64,000 bases of DNA. Origin: Sulfolobales archaeon HS-7. Lineage in GTDB: Archaea; Thermoproteota; Thermoprotei_A; Sulfolobales; Sulfolobaceae. Of this stretch, positions 33,454 to 45,423 are shown piece by piece. Numbering within the stretch: position 1 is the stretch's first letter; each line of letters opens with the position of its first letter. Both the position numbers and the translations under genes were made by a program. Location: positions 928,001 to 992,000 of the forward strand of contig AP024596.1 in NCBI GenBank assembly GCA_019704295.1, in the 5' to 3' direction. Under the pieces are notes generated by a model. The model made no database searches, was not told where the DNA came from, and saw only the letters and a list, made by a program, of their open reading frames with translations.

Positions 33454-34135
33454 TTCCTGTTTCACCCTCATCAAATTTAACATTAGTTACAACAACTTCT
33501 GAAGCAGAAGGACCGGTTTCTTCACTCGTCCTCATTTCCTCCTCAGTCTTAAACCTTAATCCAAGTTCCTTAGATGGAGGTTTCGCAATTACTATTTCTA
33601 CTCCAAAAATTCCTGGAGTCAACTTGGCTTTCGCTATAGCCCTATCCACGATAACATCTAGTTGTTGACCTGTTTTATAGACTTGACCCTCCTTTAGTTT
33701 CTCATAGCGAGCCCTCTCACTTGTTAGCTTTCCACTAACTATTACCTCAGCTCCAAGGGCACCTGCGTTTATTATTTTTCTAATTATGAAGAAAGCCGCT
33801 CTTCTGAAATGAATGCCTTTTTCTAAAGCTGTAGCTAAAGAAAATGCCATCACGCGTGCACTTAACTCAGGTTTTTCAACTGGTATTACCGTTATCTGTG
33901 GATTCTCCAGACCATAATCTTTCTCCAGGATTTCCTTAAGTTGTTTAATTGTTTTTCCACCCCTTCCTATTATCATTGCAGGTTTCTCGGCTCTTATAAT
34001 AACCCTTACACCTAGTGGCGTCTTCTGAATATCAACACCTTCATAACCCGCCCTGTAAAATTGAGTCGCCAGATACTCATCAACTTTTACTCTTGTAAAT
34101 GATTTTTGTAAAAAGTGTTCTTTTATTTTGACCAT
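33446..34135 (-). CDS. rps3: 30S ribosomal protein S3
   Basis: KH domain [19 protein letters not shown]. Confidence 0.97.
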   Translation of the reverse strand: MVKIKEHFLQKSFTRVKVDEYLATQFYRAGYEGVDIQKTPLGVRVIIRAEKPAMIIGRGGKTIKQLKEILEKDYGLENPQITVIPVEKPELSARVMAFSLATALEKGIHFRRAAFFIIRKIINAGALGAEVIVSGKLTSERARYEKLKEGQVYKTGQQLDVIVDRAIAKAKLTPGIFGVEIVIAKPPSKELGLRFKTEEEMRTSEETGPSASEVVVTNVKFDEGETGNA

Positions 34136-34136
34136 T

Positions 34137-34604
34137 TCATCCCCTCACTATAACCTCGATATGAGATCTTGCTTTATTCTTTTCCGTTGCTCTTCCGAAG
34201 GCCCTTGGTGTAAACCTCTTAATGTAGAATCCCTTATGTGCTGACATATGAACTATTTTGAGACTGTCTGACTCCATTCCCTTATTTATTGCATTATTTT
34301 CTGCGGCTTCAATAGCTTTTAAAACGTATTTCACTGCTTTCTTGGGATACCTCCCCTGTTTAATCTTCCATTTCTTGGAGATATCTCCCCTATGACCTGT
34401 CCCCTTTGTGTATCTATAAAACGGTATGCTCTCTTTCCCTTCGAGAACCCGATTCAAATACTCCTTTGCCTTGCTTACTTTCATTCCTCTTACTGCTCTG
34501 CAGACATTATACAAATCCCTTACGGAAACATCTACGTTCTTCAATACTGCCTTACCTAACGAAATCTCGTCGATTCCTAATAAAGGATATTTCCACTTAC
34601 TCAT
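34137..34604 (-). CDS. rpl22: 50S ribosomal protein L22
   Basis: [15 protein letters not shown]. Confidence 0.97.
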   Translation of the reverse strand: MSKWKYPLLGIDEISLGKAVLKNVDVSVRDLYNVCRAVRGMKVSKAKEYLNRVLEGKESIPFYRYTKGTGHRGDISKKWKIKQGRYPKKAVKYVLKAIEAAENNAINKGMESDSLKIVHMSAHKGFYIKRFTPRAFGRATEKNKARSHIEVIVRG

Positions 34605-34607
34605 AGT

Positions 34608-35027
34608 TTATCCCTTCATTGCCATAAATAGACTAGATTTAGTGGCTTTTAGTCCAGGTTCTCCATGTTCTACCTTCTTCGTAGTTACGGAGAACTCACC
34701 AAGGTAATGACCAAGCATCTCTGGCTGCACTGTAAACTCGACGAACTCCTTTCCGTTATAAACTGACATCTTCAATCCTATCATTTCAGGAAGTATTATC
34801 ATATCCCTTACATGTGTTCTAATCGGCTTAGTTGTATTTGCTCTCCGAATTTTCCTTATTCTAGTTAACAACCTTCTTTGTTGCTCAGTGAAACCCCTTT
34901 TAAGAGTTCGCCTTTGTCGTGCTGGAAGCATCTTTATAAACTCATCCAGTGGCATGTTTACAATCTCGTCTAGTATTTTCCCCCTATATCTAAACTTCTT
35001 CCATTCTGGTGGTATTTCACTGGACAT
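34608..35027 (-). CDS. rps19: 30S ribosomal protein S19
   Basis: [19 protein letters not shown]. Confidence 0.97.
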   Translation of the reverse strand: MSSEIPPEWKKFRYRGKILDEIVNMPLDEFIKMLPARQRRTLKRGFTEQQRRLLTRIRKIRRANTTKPIRTHVRDMIILPEMIGLKMSVYNGKEFVEFTVQPEMLGHYLGEFSVTTKKVEHGEPGLKATKSSLFMAMKG

Positions 35028-35037
35028 AATTACTCAC

Positions 35038-35754
35038 CTACTCCTTCCTCCTCCCTGTTCTTCTAGAAGCTATATGTCCTACTTTCCTCCCTGGAGGGGC
35101 ATTCCTCGACACTGTACTGGATCTACTAACGGACCTATGATGTCCGCCACCGTGAGGATGATCGACCACATTCATTTTAACCCCATTAACCCGCGGCCAC
35201 TTTCTTGCCTTTACTCTATACTTATGGTAATTGTTTCCAGCCTTTAACAATGGTTTTTCCTTTACTCCTCCACCGCTCACCTTTCCAACTGTAGCCCTAC
35301 ATTCTTCAGGAAAATCCCTAACCTTGTCTGACGAGAGTTTAAGCGAGACTTTCCCGCCCCCACGTCCCAATATTATTGCATATGTTCCGGCGCTTCTAGC
35401 TATCTTACCTCCGTCACCTTTTGCAACTTCAATGTTACATACCATTGAACCGTCAGGAATGCTTTGTAATGGTAAAATATTACCGGCCTTTACTTCAGCT
35501 TTTTCACCAATAAGTATCTCTTGGCCCACTCTTAAACCTTCTACTGCCACGTTATAAAATTCGTTACCGTCATCTAACTTAATCTTAGCTATTGGCGCCT
35601 GTGAGCCTGGATTATGTACGATTTTCACAACTTGTCCACGGGATGTTACATTTGAGATAGAAGGGTACCTTACTTTACCCTTTCTAGTCCACCCAGGATT
35701 TCTGAAATTTATGTTACCTCTTCCTGCTCGTTGCTGTAATAGGCTTTTCCCCAT
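35038..35754 (-). CDS. rpl2: 50S ribosomal protein L2
   Basis: DHPHGGG, PPGRKVG. Confidence 0.97.
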   Translation of the reverse strand: MGKSLLQQRAGRGNINFRNPGWTRKGKVRYPSISNVTSRGQVVKIVHNPGSQAPIAKIKLDDGNEFYNVAVEGLRVGQEILIGEKAEVKAGNILPLQSIPDGSMVCNIEVAKGDGGKIARSAGTYAIILGRGGGKVSLKLSSDKVRDFPEECRATVGKVSGGGVKEKPLLKAGNNYHKYRVKARKWPRVNGVKMNVVDHPHGGGHHRSVSRSSTVSRNAPPGRKVGHIASRRTGRRKE

Positions 35755-35764
35755 CAGATCACCA

Positions 35765-36016
35765 TCATACTAAACCCATTTTACTTAAGATATCATCTAC
35801 TTTAAATTCTTTTGCGAATGTTACATATGCCTTTTTCTCGCCTTTCGGTGTTATCAATGTATTTACCCTTACCACCTTTACATTGAATACATTTTCAACT
35901 TCCTTTTTAATATCTGCTTTGGTAGCCCTTCTTTCAACTCCCACTATTAAAACGTTCTTTTGAACTCTTAGATTTGTAGCCTTTTCTCCACCAATAACCC
36001 TTTTTATGACGCTCAT
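35765..36016 (-). CDS. rpl23: 50S ribosomal protein L23
   Basis: [15 protein letters not shown]. Confidence 0.96.
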   Translation of the reverse strand: MSVIKRVIGGEKATNLRVQKNVLIVGVERRATKADIKKEVENVFNVKVVRVNTLITPKGEKKAYVTFAKEFKVDDILSKMGLV

Positions 36017-36795
36017 ACCTCTAGCCTCTCCTTTATCTTATCTATCGAACTGACTGAATAAATTGTTAACCTACCGGGTTCGCCACCTGGTGCTAGATGA
36101 ATTACACTTAATGCATCTGCATATATTACTGATACGCCTAATAAGTTCCTCGCTGCTTTAATTAACTCGCTCGTACTTTTAGACACTACCACTAAGGGTC
36201 CTACAGGGACTTTATACCTCCTGCCCCTCATCTTCCCTTTTCCAGGCCTTATCTTCTTGCCCTTTTCCACCCTTATTAGATCTTGATAAACTCCTATCTT
36301 TTTCAATGTCTCGACAAACTCTGCCGTTTTATTGACTTTCTCAATTTCATCCTCCATAACGATTGGAAGACTTTTAACTTCGAATAAGTGACCTCGTCTT
36401 GTCACATATTCCCTGATTCCTGTTGCACTTATCGCAGACGTAATCGCCTTTCTCATTTCCTTCCTGTTAATCCTTTCCTCAATTTTTCTATCCACTGATG
36501 GTGGAAAAGCCAATCTACCTCCTACTACCATGGGAGCTAATCTCGCTTCTCCACTCTCTATTCTAGGAACTCTAGCTCTTCCTAATCCTATCCCGAAACT
36601 TTTAGCTGGAGTTCTTTTCCCTGCTAGTGAGTCCCTTCCTTTAGGCTGTATAGATTTTGAGAATGAGGAGAAAAAAGCCCTTCTGATCAAATCCCTTCTC
36701 ACCGGATAAGAGAAGAGCAAGGGTAATTCTATATCCCCTCGTTCCTCCCCGTTCTTCGATAAAATAACAGTTTTCCTTTTTTCAAGCTCTAACAT
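36013..36795 (-). CDS. rpl4: 50S ribosomal protein L4
   Basis: GRARVPR, GKGKMRGRR, LAPGGEPGRL. Confidence 0.96.
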   Translation of the reverse strand: MLELEKRKTVILSKNGEERGDIELPLLFSYPVRRDLIRRAFFSSFSKSIQPKGRDSLAGKRTPAKSFGIGLGRARVPRIESGEARLAPMVVGGRLAFPPSVDRKIEERINRKEMRKAITSAISATGIREYVTRRGHLFEVKSLPIVMEDEIEKVNKTAEFVETLKKIGVYQDLIRVEKGKKIRPGKGKMRGRRYKVPVGPLVVVSKSTSELIKAARNLLGVSVIYADALSVIHLAPGGEPGRLTIYSVSSIDKIKERLEV

Positions 36796-36799
36796 TTTA

Positions 36800-37804
36800 T
36801 CACCCTTGTTTACTAGAAAGATCTATTGATATTACTTTAGGCTGTTTAATTTCATCCGTAGTTTTTCTTATAGGATATCTTAGGAAGAGTGGTCTTTTAA
36901 CAGAACCGGGTACGCTACCTTCTACTACAATATACTGAGATCTGACTACTCCGTATCCAACAAAGCCCCCGGCCACATTAATCTTTGTAGGATCATTTCC
37001 TATTAGCATAATTTTTTTATTATAATCTGTTCTCCTATGGAATCCCATTTGTCCAGGCTGCGGTGTGTAACTTTGAGAAAAAGGTCCTCTCGTCCCTACC
37101 TTTCTACTTCCCTTTCTATGTTTATGCCACCTTGGGAGTTCTTGCACATGAAATCTTTTTACCGCACCTTGGAATCCCTTGCCCTTTGTAACCGAAATTA
37201 TGTCAATTTCTTGGCCCTCTTTGAAAACTTGGTCAATTGTTATTTCTTTACCTATCATGGGTTTAATAAACTCAAACGCGTCTTTTGAATTCCCACTTAT
37301 TTGGATTTCTACGGCTTCAGGTTTCTTTTTACCAAGAGATTTCGCTAACCGCGGCTGCGTTACAGTAATTGCCCTTAAATACATAATTTTGTCCAAATTC
37401 TCTGTTATTTTGCTTAACTTTTTCTCCTCATTCTCCTTGTCAACAATCAGTTTGTTTAGTAATCTATTAAGCTGAAGCTCCTTGGGTGGTTCAACGATAT
37501 ATGAAGTAAAAGACATTGGTTCATCATCCTTAATTATATACGCCTTAATGCCTAGAATAAATACAGGTGGGGTCTCAATAACAGTTACTGGTGTAAAGAC
37601 TTCCTTTCCGAATGTTGGAGAACCCGGAGTTTGATCAATGGCGAAAGCGTGAGTCATGCCCACTTTATAACCCACGAAACCTAAGAGCGTAGGCTTCTCT
37701 ACATGAGGCCACGTTCTAGGTCTAGGTAAGAATTTCACTGATCTTTTTCTAGGGCGCATTCCACTAGATCCTTTACGAGGCGATGCAAGCTTACGATGTC
37801 CCAT
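36800..37804 (-). CDS. rpl3: 50S ribosomal protein L3
   Basis: GYKVGMTH, TKGKGFQG, GQMGFHRRT. Confidence 0.97.
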   Translation of the reverse strand: MGHRKLASPRKGSSGMRPRKRSVKFLPRPRTWPHVEKPTLLGFVGYKVGMTHAFAIDQTPGSPTFGKEVFTPVTVIETPPVFILGIKAYIIKDDEPMSFTSYIVEPPKELQLNRLLNKLIVDKENEEKKLSKITENLDKIMYLRAITVTQPRLAKSLGKKKPEAVEIQISGNSKDAFEFIKPMIGKEITIDQVFKEGQEIDIISVTKGKGFQGAVKRFHVQELPRWHKHRKGSRKVGTRGPFSQSYTPQPGQMGFHRRTDYNKKIMLIGNDPTKINVAGGFVGYGVVRSQYIVVEGSVPGSVKRPLFLRYPIRKTTDEIKQPKVISIDLSSKQG

Positions 37805-37896
37805 TCCTTTACCCTAGATGTTTAGAAACAGGTGGAATAAAAGAGTTATTGGTTGCCCTTATTTACACGAAGTAACTCGAAACCAGTAAAAAACGG

Positions 37897-40542
37897 TTAA
37901 TGTGGTTTGAGCCATTTGGAGATGAAAGTTATGGTTAATACGAAAAGCATTAGGATAGAGAGTGTTAGAATCAATTCGTAGTTTATGGTCGGAACGAGTC
38001 TTTCGAAAATTGGCGATGTAACAATTATTGTAATATTATTGCCGTTATATGTACCCTCAAAATAGTAGTCATATAAAATACTCCCTCGGCGATATAGTAT
38101 TAGGTGTTGACCATATGTATGCCAGGATTTCGTTACATTATTCCCGTACACTATTGTTACTAAATATTGATATGAGGGATGAATCGTAATTAACAAAGGT
38201 TCTCTAACCTCGAATGTCTGACTTGTATTAATTATTTGCCTTACTGAAGAGTTTACTGCAAGTAACGAGGGAATGGTTATATTAGAAGAAATATTATAAT
38301 AACCTGTAGTAATTAGCTGCTCCTTTCCGTTTACATAACCATGTATAGGATACGAAACGTTTACTAGAAATTGGCGATAATATTGTATTGAGATATTTAA
38401 CGGATACGTTAGTATGACTTCCGTAGGTGAGTATATTACAAACCTAGAGTCATTGACATATACTAATTGAGAAGGTATATATATTGTAGACATGTTGTAA
38501 TACCCCGATGTAATATTAGCGGGTTTCCCATTGACGAATCCCTTTACGGGTAAGGGAGTATTAATGTAATATTGAACATAATACGAGGGGGTTATCGTTA
38601 GCGGAGCTGCTACCAAAATTGACTCCTCGCTTATTACGTACCTGAATCCATTTTCCGATATATTTTGTGCAGGAATTATGAACACTGAAGCAGGGACCCA
38701 AAATGAGGTACTATTATACGTTTTTCCATTAACTATAGTGGAAATGTTGTAGGGAAAATTCAGACTGAACCTATATAAGATATTGTATTGTATAGTTATA
38801 TTTATAGGCGAGGTTATGATGAAATGTTGAGGAATTACCTCATATAACTCGTCATTTGTGGTTATGTTTTGCGGCATGATACTTATTTTAGTCCCGTTTC
38901 TGTAATAGCCAGAATGAAGACTAGTTATTTTATTGTTAATATATACTTTTATAGAATAATTGAATATAAAATTAACATAATAGTATTTAACTATCCCATG
39001 GGTATAGTTGATTGGCTTCCTTAAAGCGAAACTAGTTTGCTGTACTGCGTTTAATGTAAGATTGTCACTAATATTTTGAGAAGGGACTAATACGAGACTA
39101 CCTGACGGATAAAACCCTCCTCTTCCGTAATATTTAGTCCCATCAACGTAATAAGTGAGGTTGAAAGGAAAGGATAGTCGATAGTATGCCCTGTAAATAG
39201 CGGTTACGTTTATTCGCCCTGTAGAATTTAATAATATTGAAAAATTATGGGTTGGTTTTCCATTTACCAGAAGAGTGGTTAGTAAGTATTCTGCATTAGA
39301 AGTATTGTAAGAAATTGGGAAAATTAGAATTCCTGGGATGGACAAGTTATAGATTCCTGGGCGCAGGGTAACGTTATCAACACTAAATGGAGTAACTGAG
39401 CTTATATTAACGGTTGTAAACTTAGTTGAGTACGTTGAATTAAAAGTCTTCTGATAAACTATTACGTTACCTATTTTAAGAAATATCCGTATCATGTAGT
39501 TTCCTACTGGTAAACCCGTCATGTTAATGTAGTTGGGATCGCTAACGGTTTTGTAGAACGAAATACCGTCAGGCCCTGAAACATTTACATACCACTGCGC
39601 ACCGATTGGTTGCACTTTAGGGATGTAACTATTATTAACAAATGTTAGGGTGGCATTTATATTCCACAGAAATTGCTGACTATCAATTCCAGATTCCTCC
39701 ACTACTAATCCGACTGTATTATTCCAGTACTCACGTATTCCTTGCGTTGGATTTACGCTCTCCGCAGTATCGTAGGAGTAAGTCACAGCAGAGGGAAACG
39801 TGTAATACCTCCCTTTAAACATGTATTTGCTAACCGCAAAAGCCTTCCAACTATATATTGTGGCCTGTGCTCCATCTCCCATTCCGCCAACTACCCATTC
39901 AGCGTCGCTGAATAATCCAGAAGGGGTACTGCCTCCTACTACTAAAGAGAAGTTACGCTGATTTGGTATAATGATTTTATCATATGTGACGTTTTCTGAG
40001 TAAGTGTAGTTGGAAAAGTAAAAGCTGATTAGGAATTTTACCTGATTGTTGTAATTTGCAACAGTCGCATTAGCAAATATTACAAAGGGGGATTTAGTGA
40101 TTACGCTATGAGGGTAAACGTAAACGTAAAAGCGTGTATCGCCGTATTCACATATCTTTCCGTTTCCTATTACACGGCCTATCTGAGAGCCTATTGACGT
40201 TAAGTTCCATAAATTGTCGAGAAAAGTTATGTTGTACCTATTGACTCCAATATTACAGATCACCGCTACGTCCTGAATCCAATAAAAATAGTATCCATTT
40301 GATGCAACAACGTTTAGTTGAATTGAAACACCCGGCACTTCATTGCCGTCTATATCTGACGAAAAGTTTCCATAAAAGAACTTCAAATAGCCCACTATTG
40401 AATTAGTCCTAAGGATATATGGAGTTACTTGATTTCCTATTAGTACTTCTCCATTGTTTACTACTCCTATTGCACTACTGCCTACTACTATCGACATAAT
40501 AATAGATACTAAGACTAATGTCCCCACTATCTTTCTAATCAT
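37897..40542 (-). CDS. thermopsin-family membrane-anchored protease
   Basis: Signal peptide, SIQLN..YWIQDV..DNLWN thermopsin motifs, N-x-S/T-rich repeats, C-terminal TM helix. Confidence 0.88.
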   Translation of the reverse strand: MIRKIVGTLVLVSIIMSIVVGSSAIGVVNNGEVLIGNQVTPYILRTNSIVGYLKFFYGNFSSDIDGNEVPGVSIQLNVVASNGYYFYWIQDVAVICNIGVNRYNITFLDNLWNLTSIGSQIGRVIGNGKICEYGDTRFYVYVYPHSVITKSPFVIFANATVANYNNQVKFLISFYFSNYTYSENVTYDKIIIPNQRNFSLVVGGSTPSGLFSDAEWVVGGMGDGAQATIYSWKAFAVSKYMFKGRYYTFPSAVTYSYDTAESVNPTQGIREYWNNTVGLVVEESGIDSQQFLWNINATLTFVNNSYIPKVQPIGAQWYVNVSGPDGISFYKTVSDPNYINMTGLPVGNYMIRIFLKIGNVIVYQKTFNSTYSTKFTTVNISSVTPFSVDNVTLRPGIYNLSIPGILIFPISYNTSNAEYLLTTLLVNGKPTHNFSILLNSTGRINVTAIYRAYYRLSFPFNLTYYVDGTKYYGRGGFYPSGSLVLVPSQNISDNLTLNAVQQTSFALRKPINYTHGIVKYYYVNFIFNYSIKVYINNKITSLHSGYYRNGTKISIMPQNITTNDELYEVIPQHFIITSPINITIQYNILYRFSLNFPYNISTIVNGKTYNSTSFWVPASVFIIPAQNISENGFRYVISEESILVAAPLTITPSYYVQYYINTPLPVKGFVNGKPANITSGYYNMSTIYIPSQLVYVNDSRFVIYSPTEVILTYPLNISIQYYRQFLVNVSYPIHGYVNGKEQLITTGYYNISSNITIPSLLAVNSSVRQIINTSQTFEVREPLLITIHPSYQYLVTIVYGNNVTKSWHTYGQHLILYRRGSILYDYYFEGTYNGNNITIIVTSPIFERLVPTINYELILTLSILMLFVLTITFISKWLKPH

Positions 40543-40607
40543 TCACATCTAAGTCTATTGATTTACTACCTGATATGTTTTGCTATTTGTCTTGATAAGG
40601 TTTTGAA

Positions 40608-40910
40608 AGGCGGAAGATCCATCCGGAAGGCATGAATAGCCCACTTTTAGTTAATCTCAAATACGAAATAAGGACTTATTTCCATTAATGACACTCATTG
40701 ATGGGGTAAACGTTAAAAAGATGCCTAAGCAAGGGTCTGTGTGATACACCTCTCCTTCAACTAATAGTCTGCAGGTACCATAATGTTAAATTCGAGGCAG
40801 GTGTGACCTTCAGAACATGTGGAACTTTCATGACAAGGCGAAGCTGTGAGGTAAGAAATCCCTACCATTAGGTGGGGAGAATCGTGTTTATTAGAGCAGG
40901 GTGAGTTCAC
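40608..40910 (+). mobile_element. about 300-bp non-autonomous IS200/IS605-type element
   Basis: GGCGGAAGATCC...ATAGCCC left end; right end GGGTGAGTTCAC. Confidence 0.6.
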
Positions 40911-41001
40911 TACATTCGTAATATTCCTATTAATTGTCAAACCGGATATACGAACTCTATTAGTTTAAAGGATATGGTATCTTCGTAAATAGGAAGTGAA
41001 G

Positions 41002-41466
41002 TTATGCACTTCCTCTACAGAAGCTATTCCATAATTCATCTGAGATGTGATGGATATTTTCGGCAAACTTGCCCTTCTTGTTTGTTCTAACTTCAGGTGC
41101 ATTAGGCACTACCCGTAATATCGATAGTGGACGATCGTTGTATTTTGCCAAAATAATCTCCCCAGGTAAGCATTTACATTGATAATCTCTTATTCCTGGT
41201 GCGAATAGATCAGCTCCTCGTATCAGGGCTTTAGCTGCTCCTTCATCGACAGTTACGTAGCCAATACTTAGTGGGTATTTCATTGCTGTACATACTAGCG
41301 GGATCATTTCCTCTGAGAAAAAAAGAACGGAACCGTCAAAAATATAAAAAGTCTGCTTTTTCTCCTTTCCAATCTCTAGTTTCCCTTCTAAGTTTAAACC
41401 ATATTTCTCCTTAATACTCTGTTGAATTTTTCGCTTATCTTTTTCAGACGCCATGTACTTCTGCAA
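41002..41466 (-). CDS. PUA-domain RNA-binding protein
   Basis: VDEGAAKALIRGADLFAPGI, HHISDELW. Confidence 0.9.
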   Translation of the reverse strand: MQKYMASEKDKRKIQQSIKEKYGLNLEGKLEIGKEKKQTFYIFDGSVLFFSEEMIPLVCTAMKYPLSIGYVTVDEGAAKALIRGADLFAPGIRDYQCKCLPGEIILAKYNDRPLSILRVVPNAPEVRTNKKGKFAENIHHISDELWNSFCRGSA

Positions 41467-41564
41467 TCTTCCTTCGCCCTAACGATACTTTTCTACATCA
41501 TTTAAAAACGTTGCTTCCTCCTTTAAAAAAAATGAGATAAAATTTATTCCTGAAAAATAAGTAA

Positions 41565-42059
41565 GTGGTAATGTCAGTAAAGTTAGACGTAATAAGGGTA
41601 GACATACCGGAAGGATGTAACATAATATTGGGTCAATCGCATTTCATAAAGACTGTAGAGGACCTTTACGAAGCAATGGTTACCTCCTCCCCTCATTTAA
41701 AATTCGGGATTGCCTTTGTTGAGGCCAGCGGTAAGCGTCTAATAAGGAAAGATGGAAACGACGAATCTCTGATCAACAAAGCTGTTGAAGAATTAAAGAA
41801 AATAGCGGCAGGACATACGTTCATAATATTCCTGAAAGAGGGGTATCCTATAAACGTCCTTAACAGAATAAAAGAAGTTCAGGAGGTAGTTCGAGTATTT
41901 GCAGCAACGGCAAACCCGCTTCAAGTAATAGTGGCCGAGACTGATCAAGGGAGAGGTATTCTAGGAGTTGTCGATGGATATACACCTCTCGGGGTAGAGA
42001 GTGCTCAAGACGTTGAGGAGAGAAAGGGAATCCTCAGGAAGTTCGGATACAAGAGATAA
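41565..42059 (+). CDS. adenosine-specific kinase family (DUF355)
   Basis: [23 protein letters not shown]. Confidence 0.9.
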   Translation: MVMSVKLDVIRVDIPEGCNIILGQSHFIKTVEDLYEAMVTSSPHLKFGIAFVEASGKRLIRKDGNDESLINKAVEELKKIAAGHTFIIFLKEGYPINVLNRIKEVQEVVRVFAATANPLQVIVAETDQGRGILGVVDGYTPLGVESAQDVEERKGILRKFGYKR

Positions 42060-42455
42060 GGTTGACGATATGAGTTTATCCGCGATAATCTCATTACCTT
42101 TAGTGTATTTTATCATGGAGGCGGCTAGCAATATCAAGGCTTGTTCAATCTTTTTCCTCTCCTCATCTTTTTCGGTTCTCCATATACTTTCCACTTTTTC
42201 ATGTACCTCCCAAAATCGCATATCGTTAAAAAGTTCCCAAACTGTTTCTGAATTCTTCCCAACGGAAACGTAACTTATCACATTAGAATACTTTCCAATA
42301 TAATCTAAAAAGGGTGTATCGTTAGACGCTATCAGGTCAATTTCAATTAACTTGCCCTTTCTAATGTCTATCACGTTTAGACCTTCGGACCTCAGTAAGT
42401 TTTTTAGTTTATCCAAGGATAACTCACATTTTACAAAAACCAAGTACCTGTTCAT
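41961..42455 (-). CDS. DUF309-domain protein
   Basis: [17 protein letters not shown] motif. Confidence 0.82.
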   Translation of the reverse strand: MNRYLVFVKCELSLDKLKNLLRSEGLNVIDIRKGKLIEIDLIASNDTPFLDYIGKYSNVISYVSVGKNSETVWELFNDMRFWEVHEKVESIWRTEKDEERKKIEQALILLAASMIKYTKGNEIIADKLISSTLSLVSELPEDSLSLLNVLSTLYPERCISIDNS

Positions 42456-42565
42456 TACACTATTTAGTATTTGTTAAGTAATTACTGTTATTCTCCGAAG
42501 ACTCACATACTCTAAGGACTAAATTCACATTAACGGTTTTAAGTTGATTCGACGTAAAAAAATTC

Positions 42566-43288
42566 GTGACTAGTAAAGAAGAGATAAGACAAAAGATTTG
42601 GGAGATTATGGAACGGAATAATATTGCGGCGTTCCCTCGACCTGTATACGGTAGAATACCCAACTTTAAGGGTGCCAAACAAGCAGCTACTAACTTGATG
42701 GGACAGAAAGAGTTAATTAATGCGTCAGTCATTAAGGTGAATCCAGATTCCCCTCAAAGACCTTTAAGAGAGATGATATTAAGGAAAGGGAAGACTCTCG
42801 TGGTTCCAACTCCCCGCTTAAAGGGGGAATTTTATTTAATAGAACCGGGAAAAATCAACGATCCTAAACTTGGCTCTACCATTTCATCACTTGAAACAGT
42901 TGGCGAAAGGATAACCCTTGAATTACTTCCGAAAATAGACGTAATTGTTATGGGTTCGGTTGCAGTGACGACAAGCGGAGATAGAATTGGAAAGGGTGAG
43001 GGATATAGTGAGTTAGAATACGCAATTTTACTCGAGACAGGGATAATAAAGAAAGATGTACCGATATTTACCACAGTACATGAAATCCAGATTGTAGATT
43101 ATATTCCAGTGGAACCATTTGATGTAACAGTTGATGGGATATCAACGCCCTTAAGAACGATACGAGTTAACGGAAATAAAGCAAGACCGAACGGTTTACT
43201 TTTAAATTACTTAACTCCCGAGAAGATAGAGAGAACTCCATTTCTTAGGGATTATTTAGAAAAAACTAGACATCTCTCTCGACTATAG
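42566..43288 (+). CDS. 5-formyltetrahydrofolate cyclo-ligase family
   Basis: GRIPNFKG, NPDSPQ, RIGKGEGY. Confidence 0.9.
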   Translation: MTSKEEIRQKIWEIMERNNIAAFPRPVYGRIPNFKGAKQAATNLMGQKELINASVIKVNPDSPQRPLREMILRKGKTLVVPTPRLKGEFYLIEPGKINDPKLGSTISSLETVGERITLELLPKIDVIVMGSVAVTTSGDRIGKGEGYSELEYAILLETGIIKKDVPIFTTVHEIQIVDYIPVEPFDVTVDGISTPLRTIRVNGNKARPNGLLLNYLTPEKIERTPFLRDYLEKTRHLSRL

Positions 43289-43289
43289 T

Positions 43290-44798
43290 TCATTCCTTGA
43301 GCTTAGACTCAAGCAAGGCCTCAACTTTCTTCATTCTGCTCTTAGCGTTTCTCAGGAACAGCTTTAGCGCCGTCCTTACTGGAAAATAAAGCGGCCCCTT
43401 TAAATAATAACGACTTAATATATCCTCCGCCCAGTATACGTCGTGCCAAAATGCTTTTTTATATAACTCAATGTGAGAATCTGAGAGCTTTATTTTGGTA
43501 AACCAATCTTTGTTCTTAAAATAGCCCATCGGGACAAAGAACATTGGGACCAAAATACTTCTATATTCCCTTAAACTGTCAACTAACTCTATTGTTCTAA
43601 TTACATCGTCTTCATTTTCCTCAGGCAGACCCACTATCATAGTACCGGCTGGAACTATGTTATGTTCATGCATTATCTTGAAGGCTTCCTCTACGGTTTC
43701 TGGATACTGTTCAGGCTTGTAAGGAGATGATTTGGCAGGCATTATTTCTTTTGCTAATCGTGGTGAACCAGTTTCAACTCCTACTTCAACACCCAATAGC
43801 CTTTGTTCCTCATTTGAGAAAATTATCTCAGACAACTTGGATATTAACCCGTACTTCTCTTCCGCATATCTGATTGCGGCAAGACTTGCATGACTCCACG
43901 CTATAGTTCTATAGTATTTCTTTGCTAACTGGTGAAGTTTTATTAATGGCTCTGGTTTAGGAAAAATTCCTAACGCACCATAAAATAGTACGTCATCACT
44001 ATGAAGAATTCCGTCTTTAATGCCAGCTTTAACATTTACTTGAATCTCCCTTTCGATTTTTTCTAATGGGTAGTATCTTGTAGGTCTTAGCGTTACGGAG
44101 CAAAATCTGCACCCTCTCGCACACCCCCTCATAATCTCTACCATTCCATTAACGCTGCCTCCTCTTATTTCAGGTATTTCATCGAGATCCGGAGTATCTG
44201 CACCACCTACATACATATACTTCGGAAGCGGTTCACCATCAACTATTGCTTGTGCAATTTTTGGGAGGGCATGTTCAGCTTCCCCATCAAACATTAAATC
44301 TACTCCTACTTGTTCTAACATATCCTCTCTCCATAACCACTGCCACGTTGAAGGACCCCCAACTACTATTTTCATTCCCCTTTGTTTATTTTCCTTAATT
44401 TCTGGCTTATTTATTAACTCCTGGAAACTTTTGTAATTAATTGGTTCCTGTTTAGTTATGCCCCACCACGTGGATGAAGGAGGTCCGAATGCAAAGTAAT
44501 CGTGATGGGAGAGAAAAAGAGCTTTAGCACTTTTTAAGTGCTTTTCAAGATGATCTGGATCAATAATGGCAGCATTAAATCCCGAATCTAAAAGTTTCGC
44601 CTCAACCTTCCTAAGTCCATAGGGGGCTTGCCATGGTTTTCCCTCATTATCGACCTTCATCTTTGGGCAAGCTAGCCATTTCCAGACAGATTCTGGAATT
44701 CCAATACTGGGGCCTGTTCCTAAAAAACCTAAGAACTCTCTCCCATGATGATTTGTCATCAAACACCTGTCAGTTGTTAGTACGAAGTCATAAGGCAA
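43290..44798 (-). CDS. radical SAM protein (B12-binding-like N-terminus)
   Basis: [10 protein letters not shown] CxxxCxxC motif. Confidence 0.9.
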   Translation of the reverse strand: MPYDFVLTTDRCLMTNHHGREFLGFLGTGPSIGIPESVWKWLACPKMKVDNEGKPWQAPYGLRKVEAKLLDSGFNAAIIDPDHLEKHLKSAKALFLSHHDYFAFGPPSSTWWGITKQEPINYKSFQELINKPEIKENKQRGMKIVVGGPSTWQWLWREDMLEQVGVDLMFDGEAEHALPKIAQAIVDGEPLPKYMYVGGADTPDLDEIPEIRGGSVNGMVEIMRGCARGCRFCSVTLRPTRYYPLEKIEREIQVNVKAGIKDGILHSDDVLFYGALGIFPKPEPLIKLHQLAKKYYRTIAWSHASLAAIRYAEEKYGLISKLSEIIFSNEEQRLLGVEVGVETGSPRLAKEIMPAKSSPYKPEQYPETVEEAFKIMHEHNIVPAGTMIVGLPEENEDDVIRTIELVDSLREYRSILVPMFFVPMGYFKNKDWFTKIKLSDSHIELYKKAFWHDVYWAEDILSRYYLKGPLYFPVRTALKLFLRNAKSRMKKVEALLESKLKE

Positions 44799-44833
44799 CT
44801 TAAACCACCACTATATTACACAGTTGACACTAT

Positions 44834-45070
44834 CTATTTTAACTTCATCTTCCTTAAGGCTCTTCTTATATCGTTAGGAAGTTCCTTATATTGTACCTTC
44901 TTTAGTTTATCTGGGTCTGGTTCCCAATATTCGCTATCATTTACCTTGAAATTATTTATTCTATAGTAGCTAATTAGCTTTTCTCCTTTCTCATTTACCA
45001 TTTCTTCTATAACTATACGTCCACTCCTATTTTCTATGAGGTAAGTATTATCGACGCTCTTAATACGCAT
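44834..45070 (-). CDS. hypothetical protein
   Basis: 78-aa ORF upstream of the radical SAM gene. Confidence 0.65.
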   Translation of the reverse strand: MRIKSVDNTYLIENRSGRIVIEEMVNEKGEKLISYYRINNFKVNDSEYWEPDPDKLKKVQYKELPNDIRRALRKMKLK

Positions 45071-45150
45071 AGTTTTTTTCTACCTTTTTCTCATATAAGT
45101 TTTTCTGTGAAACACTGTATACAAATAATTGGGAGAGTCTTAATTTGACT

Positions 45151-45305
45151 AATTCACGTCTCCCTTGTTAATTCAGTTTATTTAAATAATTGTAACAAAC
45201 TTAATTCAATACTACAGTGTTAATTGGGGTTTAAACTTAAGAATTTCCTGTATTCTATTGCCTTTTTCCATAAATTACAATCCGCAAAAGAACATTGAAT
45301 GGGCC
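45151..45305 (+). repeat. dispersed repeat family B copy (left arm of an inverted pair)
   Basis: Aligns with the reverse complement of 46300-46460 (23-bp perfect core) and with about 51198-51345, 17089-17250 and rc 22030-22190. Confidence 0.8.
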
Positions 45306-45423
45306 TTAGTGTTTAGTGGACGATCTCTTATGAGGTGTATACTGATTTAAGCGTCAATCAATACCTAAAACTACGCCCTTAAATCTATATCGGAATATAA
45401 GTATTTCTACCAGGTTTTTAGAA

